From contig CAXXJJ010000001.1 in assembly GCA_963667015.2 (NCBI GenBank), positions 480,001-544,000 of the forward strand: a DNA stretch of 64,000 bases, read 5' to 3'. Of the stretch, positions 9,972 through 22,779 are shown in pieces. Source of the DNA: Desulfatiglandales bacterium. GTDB taxonomy: Bacteria; Desulfobacterota; DSM-4660; Desulfatiglandales; HGW-15. How positions within the stretch are numbered: position 1 is the stretch's first letter; every line of letters begins with the position of its first letter. The translations under genes were made by a program, and so were the position numbers. The notes under the pieces were generated by a model. That model saw only the letters and a program-made list of their open reading frames with translations, was not told the DNA's origin and ran no database searches.

Positions 9972-11814
9972 GATTTTTTTCCGTTTTTAGAGGGAGAAAA
10001 AGTGAAAAAACAGCTCCTCTTTCTTCCCTGTTTGTTATCCGCATTTCTCCATTATGTCGTTTGATGGTGTTAAATACCATGGGCAACCCAAGGCCTGTTC
10101 CCGAAGACTTGGTTGTGAAAAAGGGATCAAAAATATAAGCAATATTCTCAGGGGAGATCCCGGGGCCTGAATCAGCTATATCAATGCGGACCGCAGGAAT
10201 TCTCTGTTTACCCTCTTCAATTGATTCCATTGTATCATGTTCAGCCCTGATCCATATTCTTCCCTTTTCATTCATGGCTTCAAGGGCATTAATAAAGAGA
10301 TTTATAAATGCCTCCTCAAGCAGCTTTTTATCACCTGTTATTTCGGGAAGATTATCAGCAACTGAAATTTCAACAAAACATTCCTGTTTATTGGCCATGG
10401 GGCGTACAAGTGAAACAACATCACTGATGAGAGTTCCAACAGAAAATTCTGAAAAGACCATATCCTTGGGCTTGGTATAATCAAGAAAGTGATTTATGGC
10501 CACCTCGATACGTGATATCTGTCCCATGGCTATATTGAAGTCCTCTGCATATTCCGGTGATATCTCAATCTCACTCTGAATAGATTCAAGAAACAGCTTG
10601 AGCGATGTAAGCGGTGTCCGGATTTCATGGGCGACCGCTGCACCCAGCCGTCCAAGAGCTGCAAATTTTTCAGACCTTTCGGCAATGATTTTAAATTCTC
10701 TTAGAGTCTGGTCTGTCTTCCTGAGCTCTGCAGCCTTAAGGTTAAACTGTTCTTCAAGGTTATTTTGCCTCTGCTGTATCTTCCGGGCCATATCGGCAAA
10801 GGCACGGTACAATAAACCTATTTCATCACGACGACGGGTATCGATTCCTTCGGGGTTGAACCCGGCAGTAGCGAGATTTTTTGCCGAGCGGCTGAGATTT
10901 ATTACTGGTCTGATAACATGATATGAAATAACCCAGGTCAGGATAAGGGCACTTCCTATTGCAAGAAAAACCATAAACCCTATAAGGTGCTTCATGCTGT
11001 CAACGCTTCTGAAGGCTTCATCCCTGTCCTGTTCCACCACGATATACCAGTCTGTTTCCCCTACCTTCCGCGATGTGCCGAGAACCTCAATATTGCGATA
11101 GTCCAGATAGGTGTTTTTCAGTTCCCTGCTTCCAAAGATATTTTTAAAACTTTCGGACTGGGAAATATTCTCTGTTAAAATGCGTCCCGGTTCCTTATGT
11201 GCAAGGAAGGTCCCGTTTCTGTCTACAAGATAGCATTCACCTGTTTCTCCCAGTGATACACGCAAAAGTATGCTGATTATGTTGTGAGTGCCGACAGTGC
11301 CCAGGACGCTGCCGATCTGGTTCCCGTTTTCAAAAATCGGTGCAGTAATCCTGAATGTTGACTCCCTTTCTTCAGGAAGGTAGGTAATGGGTGAAAAAAC
11401 AAGGGGTTCATCTTTGCTTCCGGACTGAAGAGGGCCTTCTCTATTATTTTCCGAACCTCCGGTACTGTAGACAAGCCCATCCTGATCTGACAGCACCGAA
11501 ATCTTGTTGTATACACCATAATGGGTTCGGATCAGATCAATGTAAGGGGCAATCTGTTTCGGGTCCATGGTTTTTACCAGTGATGTGCCGGCAATAACCT
11601 GCATATCCTGTTTTCTTTCTTCCAGCCACCGTTCAAGTATTGCGGCCTTATCAGATGCAATATTTTCAAGTTGACGCAGAACCAGGTTTTTTATAAGGGA
11701 TTCGGTTGAATTTATTGAAAACAGACCCACTACTGCAAGGGGAACAAGGGTAAGTACCAGAAACAAAAAGACCAGCTTGTTTTTCAGGGTAAGTATATTT
11801 TTTAAAAATTCCAA
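9943..11814 (-). CDS. Sensor histidine kinase (Cache, HAMP, HisKA, HATPase)
   Basis: AHEIRTPL, NALEA, DSGPG, PFFTTK, GTGLGL; two TM segments. Confidence 0.95.
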   Translation of the reverse strand: MEFLKNILTLKNKLVFLFLVLTLVPLAVVGLFSINSTESLIKNLVLRQLENIASDKAAILERWLEERKQDMQVIAGTSLVKTMDPKQIAPYIDLIRTHYGVYNKISVLSDQDGLVYSTGGSENNREGPLQSGSKDEPLVFSPITYLPEERESTFRITAPIFENGNQIGSVLGTVGTHNIISILLRVSLGETGECYLVDRNGTFLAHKEPGRILTENISQSESFKNIFGSRELKNTYLDYRNIEVLGTSRKVGETDWYIVVEQDRDEAFRSVDSMKHLIGFMVFLAIGSALILTWVISYHVIRPVINLSRSAKNLATAGFNPEGIDTRRRDEIGLLYRAFADMARKIQQRQNNLEEQFNLKAAELRKTDQTLREFKIIAERSEKFAALGRLGAAVAHEIRTPLTSLKLFLESIQSEIEISPEYAEDFNIAMGQISRIEVAINHFLDYTKPKDMVFSEFSVGTLISDVVSLVRPMANKQECFVEISVADNLPEITGDKKLLEEAFINLFINALEAMNEKGRIWIRAEHDTMESIEEGKQRIPAVRIDIADSGPGISPENIAYIFDPFFTTKSSGTGLGLPMVFNTIKRHNGEMRITNREERGAVFSLFLPLKTEKNHANRQNPTD

Positions 11815-11923
11815 ATTTTAAGCACCATGTTTTAAAATTTCCGTGGTCAAAAAGAATCGAACAGTTTATACTCCTCAATGAACAGAAATTGAATAAAAAT
11901 AAGTAACAATCATTTTTCCTTTT

Positions 11924-14500
11924 TTACAGCCAGTAGCAGACAAGCTCCTGTGTAACAACATCGGACTGAATAATCAGCTCCTGATTTTTTAATACATACA
12001 ACTTTACAATGTGTGAAAGTCTCTCGTCCTGCGGACGTATTTCGGCAAGCATGTTTGGCAGTGCTGAAAGTTTTTCAGGCCTGAAGGTCACCCCCGGTTT
12101 TTCAGGGTATATGGCAGCGTAAAAAATACTTGTTTCTGTGAGATCATGAAAAAAATGGGTCCCGAATGAAAGATCGGGAATCATGCTGCCGGCCTGATAG
12201 CTTATTTCCATGAGCGCGGTTATTTTGTTTATCTCTGAAAAGGTTACCGGAACACCCATAGCCGGCGTCTGTGTTCCCCACCTGCCCGGTCCCATGAGCA
12301 GGGCAGGGTTTTCTTTCGGATCGGCAATCTCCCGGTTAAGCTTTCCTATCAGCCTGGCCACACTGTATTTATCCGACAGCGAAGCGTCTGCATAGTTTGC
12401 CGGGTCAATCCAGATAATTTTATTTACAGGCAGTGCCACATTTCCCCCCATAAAATGCCCTTCCATGCGTATAAAGATTTTATCGGGATCTATTTTTTCG
12501 GGAAGAGGAAAATCAACGGTATTGTAGATTGTCTGGAAAGGGCGGCACTGAAGGAGGTTTACCTGGATGTTTCCTGCAGAATTATGATTGACTGTAAATT
12601 CAATCTCTACAGGTGTATTGTATACCCGTTCAATTGTCTTGAGCATTCGATTCATTATATTGATGAAATCCGTACTGCTGAGAAAATTATCAAAGGTTAA
12701 AACCCATCGCCCCCCAGGCTCTTTACCGTAGCTGACAGAATCAGTATCTCTGACCGCTATCATATTCATATCCAGATCCGGAGCATTCTCAGTAAGTTCA
12801 TTCAGGAGAATACTCTTTAGAATATTTTCGGAAAGATCCAGGTAATCCACATAATGCTGTGAATATTTTTTTATTTCATGTATGCCCGCCAGTGGTTTTA
12901 CCAGGGGATCATCCATGGGAACAATCCGCGGATAATCTGTCTCAACCCTGTTAACTGCCCTGGTCCCCAGCCCCATAACAAGGCGCAGCATTCCGGCCTC
13001 CGGGTCAAGATCCTTTTTCCAGACATAGGGATTGCGCGAAAGGCCTACTCCTGCAAGTTCCGGGAAAAAATACTTATGGTGATCAGAGCCGGAAACCCTC
13101 TGCACCATGATAGCCATCTGTTCATCCACCCGGTCCAGGCCCCTCTCCACCCTGTATGCCAGGGCCTCCTCATTCATTGTCCCGGCATATATTCGTTTGA
13201 CTGCTTCTTCAAACATCTCATAACGTTTTTCCGGAGATGCCTGGTTCACGCAGAAAAAACTGTCATATCTTCCGGCAAAGGCGCTGCCGAAGGCATCCTC
13301 AAGGAGACTGCTTGACCTCACGATAATAGGTGACTGGCCGAAATATTCGAGCATGAGCTGAAACTTTTCCCGTATGGGTTCTGGAAATGTCCCGGAAAGG
13401 ATTTTATCCTTAAGTTCCTCTGCCTTTTTAAAATATCCTTCAGGAGTTTTGTGGGCCATAAAAAGTTTCCACCACACATTTCTGACGATATATGTGTAAA
13501 ACACATCAGACCCGATATAAAAGGAATCATGGGGCTCAAGGGCATGGTTCCAGTCATACCCAGTGTCTTTTTGCAGTATCTTTCTGGCCAGGAGCATGCC
13601 AAGGGCCTTTCCGCCTATGAACCCTGTCCCTATAAGTTTCTCCTTGATCATAAGCAGGTCTTCAAGAGACATGAACTGCCTGATCATGGCCAGTACTCTT
13701 TTATTTCTGCTCAGGACAAGACGGCCCAGCTGTTCAACCTTGTCCTCCTTTTCAGTCCGTGCAGCACCTGACTCTTTAAGTTCGTTGGCCTGTATAAAAA
13801 GATGATCCCAGTAATCCAGAATGAGCTGTGAGTTTACCACCTTTTCTTTCATGAGGTGCGAAAACAGCCTTGATGCATCTATGCTGTTGATTACCGGTAC
13901 CAGATCCGACTGCTCTTTTATATGCGGGAAAAACATGGTGGAGGAATAGCGCCCCTGGATTTTTATAGGGTGAACACATAACTTTCGCTCATAGGTATAG
14001 AGGTCAATAAGTATCTGGGTGGTTTCTCTGATGGCGGCAATGGCCCTGTATGAGTGATGATTTCTTAAAATTGCAAAATAGGCAATAGTGTTCAGTTCAT
14101 AGAGATAGGGGCAGGTAACAAAAAAGAAGTTTACAATCATCATGTCTGTTGCCCATTCGAAAAGCAGGTCGGAAAGAGAATCAAATACATAAAATGTGTC
14201 TCTTCCTTCTTTTGTGATTATACTGTGAATCCGGGTTGTAAAGGACTCAAAACCCTCTGAAACATCAAGTGTATAAACACGGACATTCCTGCGGGGAGGA
14301 ATAAGGGGAGCGTGCCGTGCAAACCTTATATAGACCAGCCGCTCGCCGGCTGTGAGGGCATTATTAACAAAGAAGGAAACAAGTTTCCTGTATGCATCAA
14401 TATCATCAACCTGCCATACCACATTGTCGCCCCTTCGCAGATAATCGATGATATTGTCAAGACTTTCCCAACCCGTACTGACGTGCGAGTAATAGGCCAT
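11924..14500 (-). CDS. PEP/pyruvate-binding (PPDK_N-like) domain protein of the type found next to gdhA
   Basis: IGGKALG, VRSSSLLED..FAG, GLGTRAV, LLQCRP, GPGRWG. Confidence 0.85.
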   Translation of the reverse strand: MAYYSHVSTGWESLDNIIDYLRRGDNVVWQVDDIDAYRKLVSFFVNNALTAGERLVYIRFARHAPLIPPRRNVRVYTLDVSEGFESFTTRIHSIITKEGRDTFYVFDSLSDLLFEWATDMMIVNFFFVTCPYLYELNTIAYFAILRNHHSYRAIAAIRETTQILIDLYTYERKLCVHPIKIQGRYSSTMFFPHIKEQSDLVPVINSIDASRLFSHLMKEKVVNSQLILDYWDHLFIQANELKESGAARTEKEDKVEQLGRLVLSRNKRVLAMIRQFMSLEDLLMIKEKLIGTGFIGGKALGMLLARKILQKDTGYDWNHALEPHDSFYIGSDVFYTYIVRNVWWKLFMAHKTPEGYFKKAEELKDKILSGTFPEPIREKFQLMLEYFGQSPIIVRSSSLLEDAFGSAFAGRYDSFFCVNQASPEKRYEMFEEAVKRIYAGTMNEEALAYRVERGLDRVDEQMAIMVQRVSGSDHHKYFFPELAGVGLSRNPYVWKKDLDPEAGMLRLVMGLGTRAVNRVETDYPRIVPMDDPLVKPLAGIHEIKKYSQHYVDYLDLSENILKSILLNELTENAPDLDMNMIAVRDTDSVSYGKEPGGRWVLTFDNFLSSTDFINIMNRMLKTIERVYNTPVEIEFTVNHNSAGNIQVNLLQCRPFQTIYNTVDFPLPEKIDPDKIFIRMEGHFMGGNVALPVNKIIWIDPANYADASLSDKYSVARLIGKLNREIADPKENPALLMGPGRWGTQTPAMGVPVTFSEINKITALMEISYQAGSMIPDLSFGTHFFHDLTETSIFYAAIYPEKPGVTFRPEKLSALPNMLAEIRPQDERLSHIVKLYVLKNQELIIQSDVVTQELVCYWL

Positions 14501-14599
14501 TGTTTATTTTACATGCCCCCTGCCGATATAACAATGGATGAGCCGTGGGGATTTTACCCTTAGGTTCATCCATTGACCGGCTTTTGCTTTAATCAAGGT

Positions 14600-16515
<1,916 letters not shown>

Positions 16516-16604
16516 AATACACCTCCTTTAAAATACAATTAAACATCTTGGCCTTATTTAGTGGTATGCTTCCGAATCCGGTTTTTTAATTGCATATTAT
16601 TTAA

Positions 16605-16620
16605 GGCAAAGACTGTGCCG
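16605..16620 (-). promoter_or_regulatory. Sigma54 -24/-12 promoter for the hypothetical-gdhA cluster
   Basis: Minus strand CGGCAC-AGTCT-TTGC, 90 bp upstream of 16515. Confidence 0.6.
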
Positions 16621-16905
16621 AAATGCCGGGAACTGAAAAAAATCTTTAATCACCTGAATTTATTAAATAATATTTGGCAGAGTATAATCCTGAATAATGA
16701 GAGGTGGTGAATTATCAGCTGTAATTTTTTATGTCAGAATGCTTTTTATTGGCTGACAGGCATCAAAACCCCTTATACGGCAGGCCGAATGGTTACATTG
16801 TTCAAAGTTTGAACAGCGGTGGTGATATTGAAGCATAGATTCAGGTACAGTTTTATTTTCAGTTATGATATCAAAGATTAAAAGACCAGATATCGGTACC
16901 CAAAA

Positions 16906-18687
16906 ATGAAGAATAAACTAAATAACGATTATTGCAAACCGCTGGAGGTTACCACTGCCTCGAATGCACTTACTGAACGGATCAAGGAGCTCAATTGTCT
17001 GTATGGGATCTCCAATCTGTTCGAAAACCAGGATGTATCTCTAGCATGGATTATGCAGCGGGCAGTCGAACTCATTCCTGCGGCCTGGCAGTACCCTGAA
17101 ATAGCATGTGCAAGAATATGTATAGATGGTGCTGAATACAAATCCCTTAATTTTAAAGAGACCGACTATAAACAGAATGCCAGAATTATTCTGAATGACC
17201 AGCATGTGGGTGACATAGATGTATTTTACGCACAAATCCCTCAGGATGGGTCGCAAGAGCCTTTTCTTGAGGAGGAATACCGGCTTTTAAGGGCCATCTG
17301 CGAACGATTAAGTAAGGTATTATGGCTTAAACGTTCCGAAGAAGCCCTTAAAGAGAGCGAAGAACGCTATCGGGTTCTTACAGAAAAGGTTGCCGAAGGA
17401 GTGGCGTTGGTTCAGGATTCACAGTTTTACTATGTAAATCCAGCATTTTGCATGATGTTCAATATTTCATCTTCGGAAGTAATGATCGATGAAATGGTAT
17501 ACAATCCTTCAGCAGTTGAGGGAAATGAAATCGCCATGCTCTACAGATCGACTTTAGAGGGTATTAACGAAGATACCATTGAAGAAGTCCACTCCCTGAT
17601 GCGTCCTGATAAAACTATCTGGGTGCAGGTATGTCACAGCAGGATCACCTTCAAGGGGCAGCCGGCCATATTATCCACTTTTAAGGACATTACAGAGATA
17701 AAAGAGCAGCAGATGACTGCCCAGCGCATGGCAGAGCAGCTGGACAAAGAGAATCGTGTGCTGAGGTCTTCACTACAGGAACGATACCGGCTTGGAGAAA
17801 TCATTGGACGTTCGCCTGCAATGCAAACAGTATATGAACTGATCATTAAAGCTGCATCAACAGATGCAAGTGTTGCGATATTCGGAGAGTCCGGATCAGG
17901 TAAAGAGCTTGTTGCCCATGCAATACACAATAATAGCCCAAGGAAGAACAAGAGATTTGTGGCGGTCAACTGCGGGGCAATTCAGGAGTCTCTGTTTGAA
18001 AGAGAATTCTTTGGACATAGAAAAGGGGCATTTTCCGGTGCCCATGCAGATTCTCCAGGCTATCTGGACATGGCCGACGGCGGAACACTGTTTCTTGATG
18101 AGGTAAGCGAATTGACAGTTAACATGCAGGCCAAACTGCTCAGGGCTATAGAAGGCGGGGGGCATCGGCCAATAGGCGGGACGGAAGTTATATCCCGGAA
18201 TTTTCGTGTTATATCGGCATCAAATGTGCTGTTAGGAGACAAGGTCTCGGGCGGCGAAATTCGCAAGGATTTTTTCTACCGCATACAGGTAATACAAATC
18301 CAGATACCGCCCTTACGTGACCGAAAACAGGATATTCCTCTGCTGGTTGAATATTTTTTTCGCAGGATGAAGGCTCCCTCCGGTATCACTAAAGTGCCCG
18401 GCAAAATTCTGGATGACCTGATTGAATATGACTGGCCCGGTAATGTTCGGGAGTTGCGTAACGTATTGCAGCGCTATATCACTTTAGGCCATGTTGAATT
18501 TCTTTCACCAGGCCCTGAGTCCGGGACATCGCCAATCACAAAAGATATTAATCTGCGTGAAGCAGTCCAGGACCTTGAAAAATCTCTTATTACAAAGGCT
18601 TTGAATCAGGCGGGAGGAAACCGGACCCTGGCCGCAAAAATGCTAGGTATTTCCCGAAGAGCCCTTTTTCGAAAGATGTCTATATAA
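16906..18687 (+). CDS. PAS-domain sigma54 enhancer-binding activator
   Basis: PAS region, GESGSGKE, GAFSGA, WPGNVRELRN, HTH. Confidence 0.92.
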   Translation: MKNKLNNDYCKPLEVTTASNALTERIKELNCLYGISNLFENQDVSLAWIMQRAVELIPAAWQYPEIACARICIDGAEYKSLNFKETDYKQNARIILNDQHVGDIDVFYAQIPQDGSQEPFLEEEYRLLRAICERLSKVLWLKRSEEALKESEERYRVLTEKVAEGVALVQDSQFYYVNPAFCMMFNISSSEVMIDEMVYNPSAVEGNEIAMLYRSTLEGINEDTIEEVHSLMRPDKTIWVQVCHSRITFKGQPAILSTFKDITEIKEQQMTAQRMAEQLDKENRVLRSSLQERYRLGEIIGRSPAMQTVYELIIKAASTDASVAIFGESGSGKELVAHAIHNNSPRKNKRFVAVNCGAIQESLFEREFFGHRKGAFSGAHADSPGYLDMADGGTLFLDEVSELTVNMQAKLLRAIEGGGHRPIGGTEVISRNFRVISASNVLLGDKVSGGEIRKDFFYRIQVIQIQIPPLRDRKQDIPLLVEYFFRRMKAPSGITKVPGKILDDLIEYDWPGNVRELRNVLQRYITLGHVEFLSPGPESGTSPITKDINLREAVQDLEKSLITKALNQAGGNRTLAAKMLGISRRALFRKMSI

Positions 18688-18873
18688 TGGGTGCCTTAAT
18701 CGCCCATCTTTTGGGCACTATCGCCCACTAAAATAATTTCAATTATTTCAAAATCATATATCATGTTACATTAATTAATCCGGGCGTTTTTTTCCCACCT
18801 GCTTTTTCTCCCATAACTCCATATAGCTTATTTTGTCTAAGTATATCAAGAGTGTACGTTAATTCAACAAGTC

Positions 18874-18889
18874 TGGCACCAACCTTGCT
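18874..18889 (+). promoter_or_regulatory. Sigma54 -24/-12 promoter
   Basis: TGGCAC-CAACC-TTGCT, with GGG..CCC imperfect dyads (candidate UAS) upstream at about 18689-18730 and 18782-18796. Confidence 0.7.
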
Positions 18890-18954
18890 AAATAGTATGA
18901 TTATTAATGGACAGAATACAGCAGAATTCATTGATTGCATGAACTGTTATATGA

Positions 18955-19200
18955 GTGAGGTTATTAGTAGTTATGATTCTGGTTAAAAACAAAGCATCCG
19001 GTAAATTCTTTATAGTCCTTGATGACAACGCAGAAAATTATTTGCACCTTATCACACCTGAAGGCAGGATCAAACGCCTTGAACGACACCTGTTCAGTCC
19101 CATAGTTAGGATTGATCACAGGAATTTAAGCCTGAAGGAAAATCTTACTCCTGCACAGATGGATACCTACATGGACCATGAAGAATATGCTGATTATTGA
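18955..19200 (+). CDS. Small hypothetical protein
   Basis: ORF directly downstream of the sigma54 promoter. Confidence 0.6.
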   Translation: MRLLVVMILVKNKASGKFFIVLDDNAENYLHLITPEGRIKRLERHLFSPIVRIDHRNLSLKENLTPAQMDTYMDHEEYADY

Positions 19201-19281
19201 TCAACTAATAATTCGGTATTAGGAAAATATTATTTTTATCAGAAACAAAAAAACCTGTAATTACAGGCAAGGAGCAACTCA

Positions 19282-19707
19282 ATGAAGGAAGACCCATTTG
19301 GAAACCTTACTAATTGGGGTGATGTTCTGGATATCATTGAAAGACTGGCAGAAGAAGGAAAACTGTCTGAGTGTCAGCCTGGTCTTATTCGTATACTGCG
19401 GTACAAAGGAAACTGGCAGCTCAGAGAGGAAGTGCTTAAACGGGCAGGTGATATTAAAGAACCATCCAGTGAATTAATCAGCCAGGTACTTGAAATAGTG
19501 GATGATGACAATACTTACTACGATGCAAGAATCCTTGCCGGTGATGCATTAATCCGCATGTTGAAAAATAATCGTGACGGTTTCGAAGGTAATGTGAATG
19601 CATCAGTAAGGAAAGTAGCCGAAAGATTAAGGGCAACACCTGCTCCGCCTATTTTTTATAACACATTAACGAAACTTTATTTGGAGATTTGCCTTTTAGA
19701 AAGATAA
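19282..19707 (+). CDS. Hypothetical helical (HEAT-like) protein
   Basis: AAGGAG RBS, amphipathic helical pattern. Confidence 0.7.
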   Translation: MKEDPFGNLTNWGDVLDIIERLAEEGKLSECQPGLIRILRYKGNWQLREEVLKRAGDIKEPSSELISQVLEIVDDDNTYYDARILAGDALIRMLKNNRDGFEGNVNASVRKVAERLRATPAPPIFYNTLTKLYLEICLLER

Positions 19708-19910
19708 AAAGAAAAGGAATATTCTAACTATGCGGATTGGAATACCAAGAGAGATTCTGCCTGCAGAAAAGAGAGTGGCTACTATACCAAAGACTGTAGC
19801 AAAATACATTCAGAATGACGTAATTGTAAAGAACTGTCTCGTCACATACAGAGGGCAGATCTTAAACCATTAAGGCTTTTAACTTTTAATATTTTTAAAG
19901 TGAAAAAGAG

Positions 19911-20591
19911 ATGACAAAAAAAAACCTTTTTTATGATAGATACGCTGGAACGAAGAAAAAGCTCTTTATTTTTTTTCTGGTAATGGCTCTAGTGTCTTTT
20001 GGTGCCGGATTAGGAATCCTGAAAATTAGCAATGCGAAGAATATGGCCATGGGGATTGAGACAATCTATAAAGACCGCGTTAAGCCTTTGGAACAGCTCA
20101 AAATGCTTGCAGACACATACAAAATGGCAGTAGATACTGCAAATAGAGTCCAAAACAATATTCTATCATGGCATGAAGGTCGCAAAAATATAACAGAAGC
20201 CACAAAAAGAGTTCCATACTTGTGGAGTGAATACATAAAGACCCACCTTGTTGAAGAAGAAATTAAAATAGTCGATGAACTTAGAATACTTTTTAAGTTC
20301 AGTGATGCAGCCTTGATAAAATTCAATAAAATCCTTTTGCAGGAAGACAGTAATGAACTTTCAGAATTCGTCAATAATGACCTTTACCAGAGTGTGGAAC
20401 CGGTTATAACCAAAATAGATGAATTGTTTCAGATGCAGGTACATATTGTTAATAATATACATGAACAGGAACAAAAACGTATAAAGCTTGTATTAAACAT
20501 CGGAATGGCAAGTATTTTGATGAGCATCGTTTTAAGCGTTATTGTTGTTCTGCAATGGAGAAAGGTTCGGGCTTTAATTGAGTATTTGTAA
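19911..20591 (+). CDS. Stand-alone four-helix-bundle (4HB_MCP-like) sensor domain between two TM segments
   Basis: ETIYKDRVKPLEQL motif after TM1; protein ends just after TM2. Confidence 0.75.
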   Translation: MTKKNLFYDRYAGTKKKLFIFFLVMALVSFGAGLGILKISNAKNMAMGIETIYKDRVKPLEQLKMLADTYKMAVDTANRVQNNILSWHEGRKNITEATKRVPYLWSEYIKTHLVEEEIKIVDELRILFKFSDAALIKFNKILLQEDSNELSEFVNNDLYQSVEPVITKIDELFQMQVHIVNNIHEQEQKRIKLVLNIGMASILMSIVLSVIVVLQWRKVRALIEYL

Positions 20592-20758
20592 GGAAAGAAA
20601 AAAATGACACCTTATTTTTTTTCATCCATTATGAGAACAATTTTGACACCCAGGCGACTATGCCCAAAATGTAACCGCTAGAATGCAATATATTATGTTT
20701 TGTTTTTAGAAATTTATAATGTTATTTTAAAATTTATTAACACGGAGGGAATTAATGA

Positions 20759-21034
20759 ATGGTTACTTCAATTTTGCTGATAAATGCAGAGAGAATGAAA
20801 ATTAATGAAGTGGCTCAACAACTGGCGGATATTAAAGGTATCTCCGAAGTATATTCAGTGAGCGGCAGGTATGACATAATTGCAATAGCACGAGTAAAAA
20901 CAAATGATGATCTAGCTGATCTCGTAACAAACGAGTTAATCAAAATAAACTCAATAATAAAAACAGAGACAAACCTGGCATTCAAAACAGTTTCAAGGCA
21001 TGACCTGGAAGCTATGTTTTCAATTGGTATGTAG
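20759..21034 (+). CDS. Lrp/AsnC ligand-binding domain protein (no HTH)
   Basis: EVYSVSGRYDII...TETNLAF. Confidence 0.88.
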   Translation: MVTSILLINAERMKINEVAQQLADIKGISEVYSVSGRYDIIAIARVKTNDDLADLVTNELIKINSIIKTETNLAFKTVSRHDLEAMFSIGM

Positions 21035-21174
21035 GTAGTAAATTACTATAAATATACCAAAAATAACTCAGTAAAGCATTTTACAGTGCACGCTCCAGCT
21101 ATTGGATGAAAATAACATGGCGCGAAAAATTGAAAAAGCTTCTCTCGCTCATGTTGATTTAAGTGATTTCAGGT

Positions 21175-21639
21175 TCAGTAGTTTTTTTCTGCCTTAAAAA
21201 CAAGATACAATTCCATAATCGAAGCTGAGCAAACAGAATCCGGCGGTTCACGAAAATGATCAAGAATAATTGTTAACTCATTATTGCTGTAGCTGTGATC
21301 AGAGTAGTCAAAATATTCCGGGCAATCAGGACCTCTTATGAAAAAATATGTGTAAATATCCAGATCATCAAGAGATGCCTGTTCGTTTGCGTTCAGTGTC
21401 TGGTTGAAGGTATCAAGGTCTAATTCGCTTTCAATTATATAGGCTTCGTCTCGTGCAGCAATTTCAGTATCATATATTATAAAGCTGTCTTCCTGTATTA
21501 TTGTTGCGGGATCAATGACAGTGTTAAAAGTGAAATCTCTGGAACCTAAAAATTCGTCATTTGCATCATCACTGTCCGAACAGCCGCATAAAGCAAAAAA
21601 TAATAAAATTATAATGGAATAAATGGTCTTTGTTTTCAT
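21175..21639 (-). CDS. Hypothetical lipoprotein
   Basis: Signal peptide with LCGC lipobox. Confidence 0.7.
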   Translation of the reverse strand: MKTKTIYSIIILLFFALCGCSDSDDANDEFLGSRDFTFNTVIDPATIIQEDSFIIYDTEIAARDEAYIIESELDLDTFNQTLNANEQASLDDLDIYTYFFIRGPDCPEYFDYSDHSYSNNELTIILDHFREPPDSVCSASIMELYLVFKAEKNY

Positions 21640-21763
21640 AGCTACTTCCTCCTGACTGTGCAGATTACAGGCCTTGCAGGCGTCTCAGGCAGGACCTGTA
21701 GGTTTGAGGGTTAACAGATATTCTTTCCTTGATCCGAAGTCCATGCTAATTTCGCAATACGCT

Positions 21764-22036
21764 TTATACCATTGGTGATGGTACATTGCCACCTGTACCT
21801 GAAGTAGCTGCTCCACCACTCCCACCTGAACCGGATGCCCCAATCACAAAACCAAAATTATACCAGCCACCATTATTATTTGTTTCGTATATTCCCACAT
21901 CAGGGTTAAACAAACTAACAATAAATGTGATGGGCATGATAATCCCATGCCATAGACCAATCCAAAATCCTGCAGGTTCTATCCCTGGCTGCTGGAATAT
22001 TGAATCAGAGCCAGCGACATATAATCTATTTGGCAT
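21764..22036 (-). CDS. Small membrane protein
   Basis: PAGFWIGLWHG..IYETNNNGGWYNFGF. Confidence 0.65.
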   Translation of the reverse strand: MPNRLYVAGSDSIFQQPGIEPAGFWIGLWHGIIMPITFIVSLFNPDVGIYETNNNGGWYNFGFVIGASGSGGSGGAATSGTGGNVPSPMV

Positions 22037-22185
22037 TTATTGATCCTCCAAACATTAAACAGTTGTTAAAGATTTTCAAAGAAAGGGGACATCTGCCATT
22101 GACCATTGGCGATTTTATCAATTAATAATCCAACTCGTTTTTTAAACCTTTATCAAGCCTCATATACTCTTTTACTTTAATGATA

Positions 22186-22242
22186 AAATAACATGCCGGG
22201 CGGCGTTTTATCGCCCGGTCACTGTAGATGCGCTTGATATGT
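22186..22242 (-). repeat. attC, distal and truncated, non-canonical ACATATC box
   Basis: GCCGGGCGGCGTTTTATCGCCCGGTC core as in the site at 26885. Confidence 0.6.
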
Positions 22243-22247
22243 GATTA

Positions 22248-22625
22248 TTAATGTGGCCCCCAATAATATCTATTGGGAACTAATCCTTCTTCCTCAAGCT
22301 TGAAAAGCAATTGTCTATTTTCTTTTGCTAATAATTTTATTCGACCTTTCTTGGTTGCTTTAATCATAGCAACTTCTAATACTAATTTTGCCAGCTTCGA
22401 TATTTTAATATTTTCCGAATTTACTAATTCTTTTAACCTTATTTTATTTTTCTTTGAGATATTTGATTGATCCATGAAATTGAATATTTCTTCCAAATGA
22501 TCAATTTTCTCAATTTCTTCTTTTGGCTTTCGGCTGCATTCTTTACAGATATGGTTTTTATGACCTTTTCCCGAAAAACTTTCATTTGATTTTGTTGCGC
22601 CACAAATGCGACACCAATGTCCCAT
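22248..22625 (-). CDS. Cassette hypothetical protein with CxxC...CxxC
   Basis: HWCRIC...HICKEC, lies between two attC sites. Confidence 0.75.
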   Translation of the reverse strand: MGHWCRICGATKSNESFSGKGHKNHICKECSRKPKEEIEKIDHLEEIFNFMDQSNISKKNKIRLKELVNSENIKISKLAKLVLEVAMIKATKKGRIKLLAKENRQLLFKLEEEGLVPNRYYWGPH

Positions 22626-22652
22626 GATACTTATTCCTATATTTTATTTCAC

Positions 22653-22779
22653 ACATATCGACACAATAACAGGCGTGCGATGCTCGCCAATAAAGCCATT
22701 TAGAAGATTGAATGTTACGAACCTTTAAAGGCCGATCTGGCAAGATAGTAAGCACGTCGTGTTGAATGATTTGTTAAAG
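22653..22779 (-). repeat. attC site
   Basis: ACATATC...GTTAAAG with pairing inner arms. Confidence 0.7.

Noticed and set aside
21175..22036. Additional cassettes beyond the array end
   Set aside because: Co-oriented with the array but no recognisable attC between them
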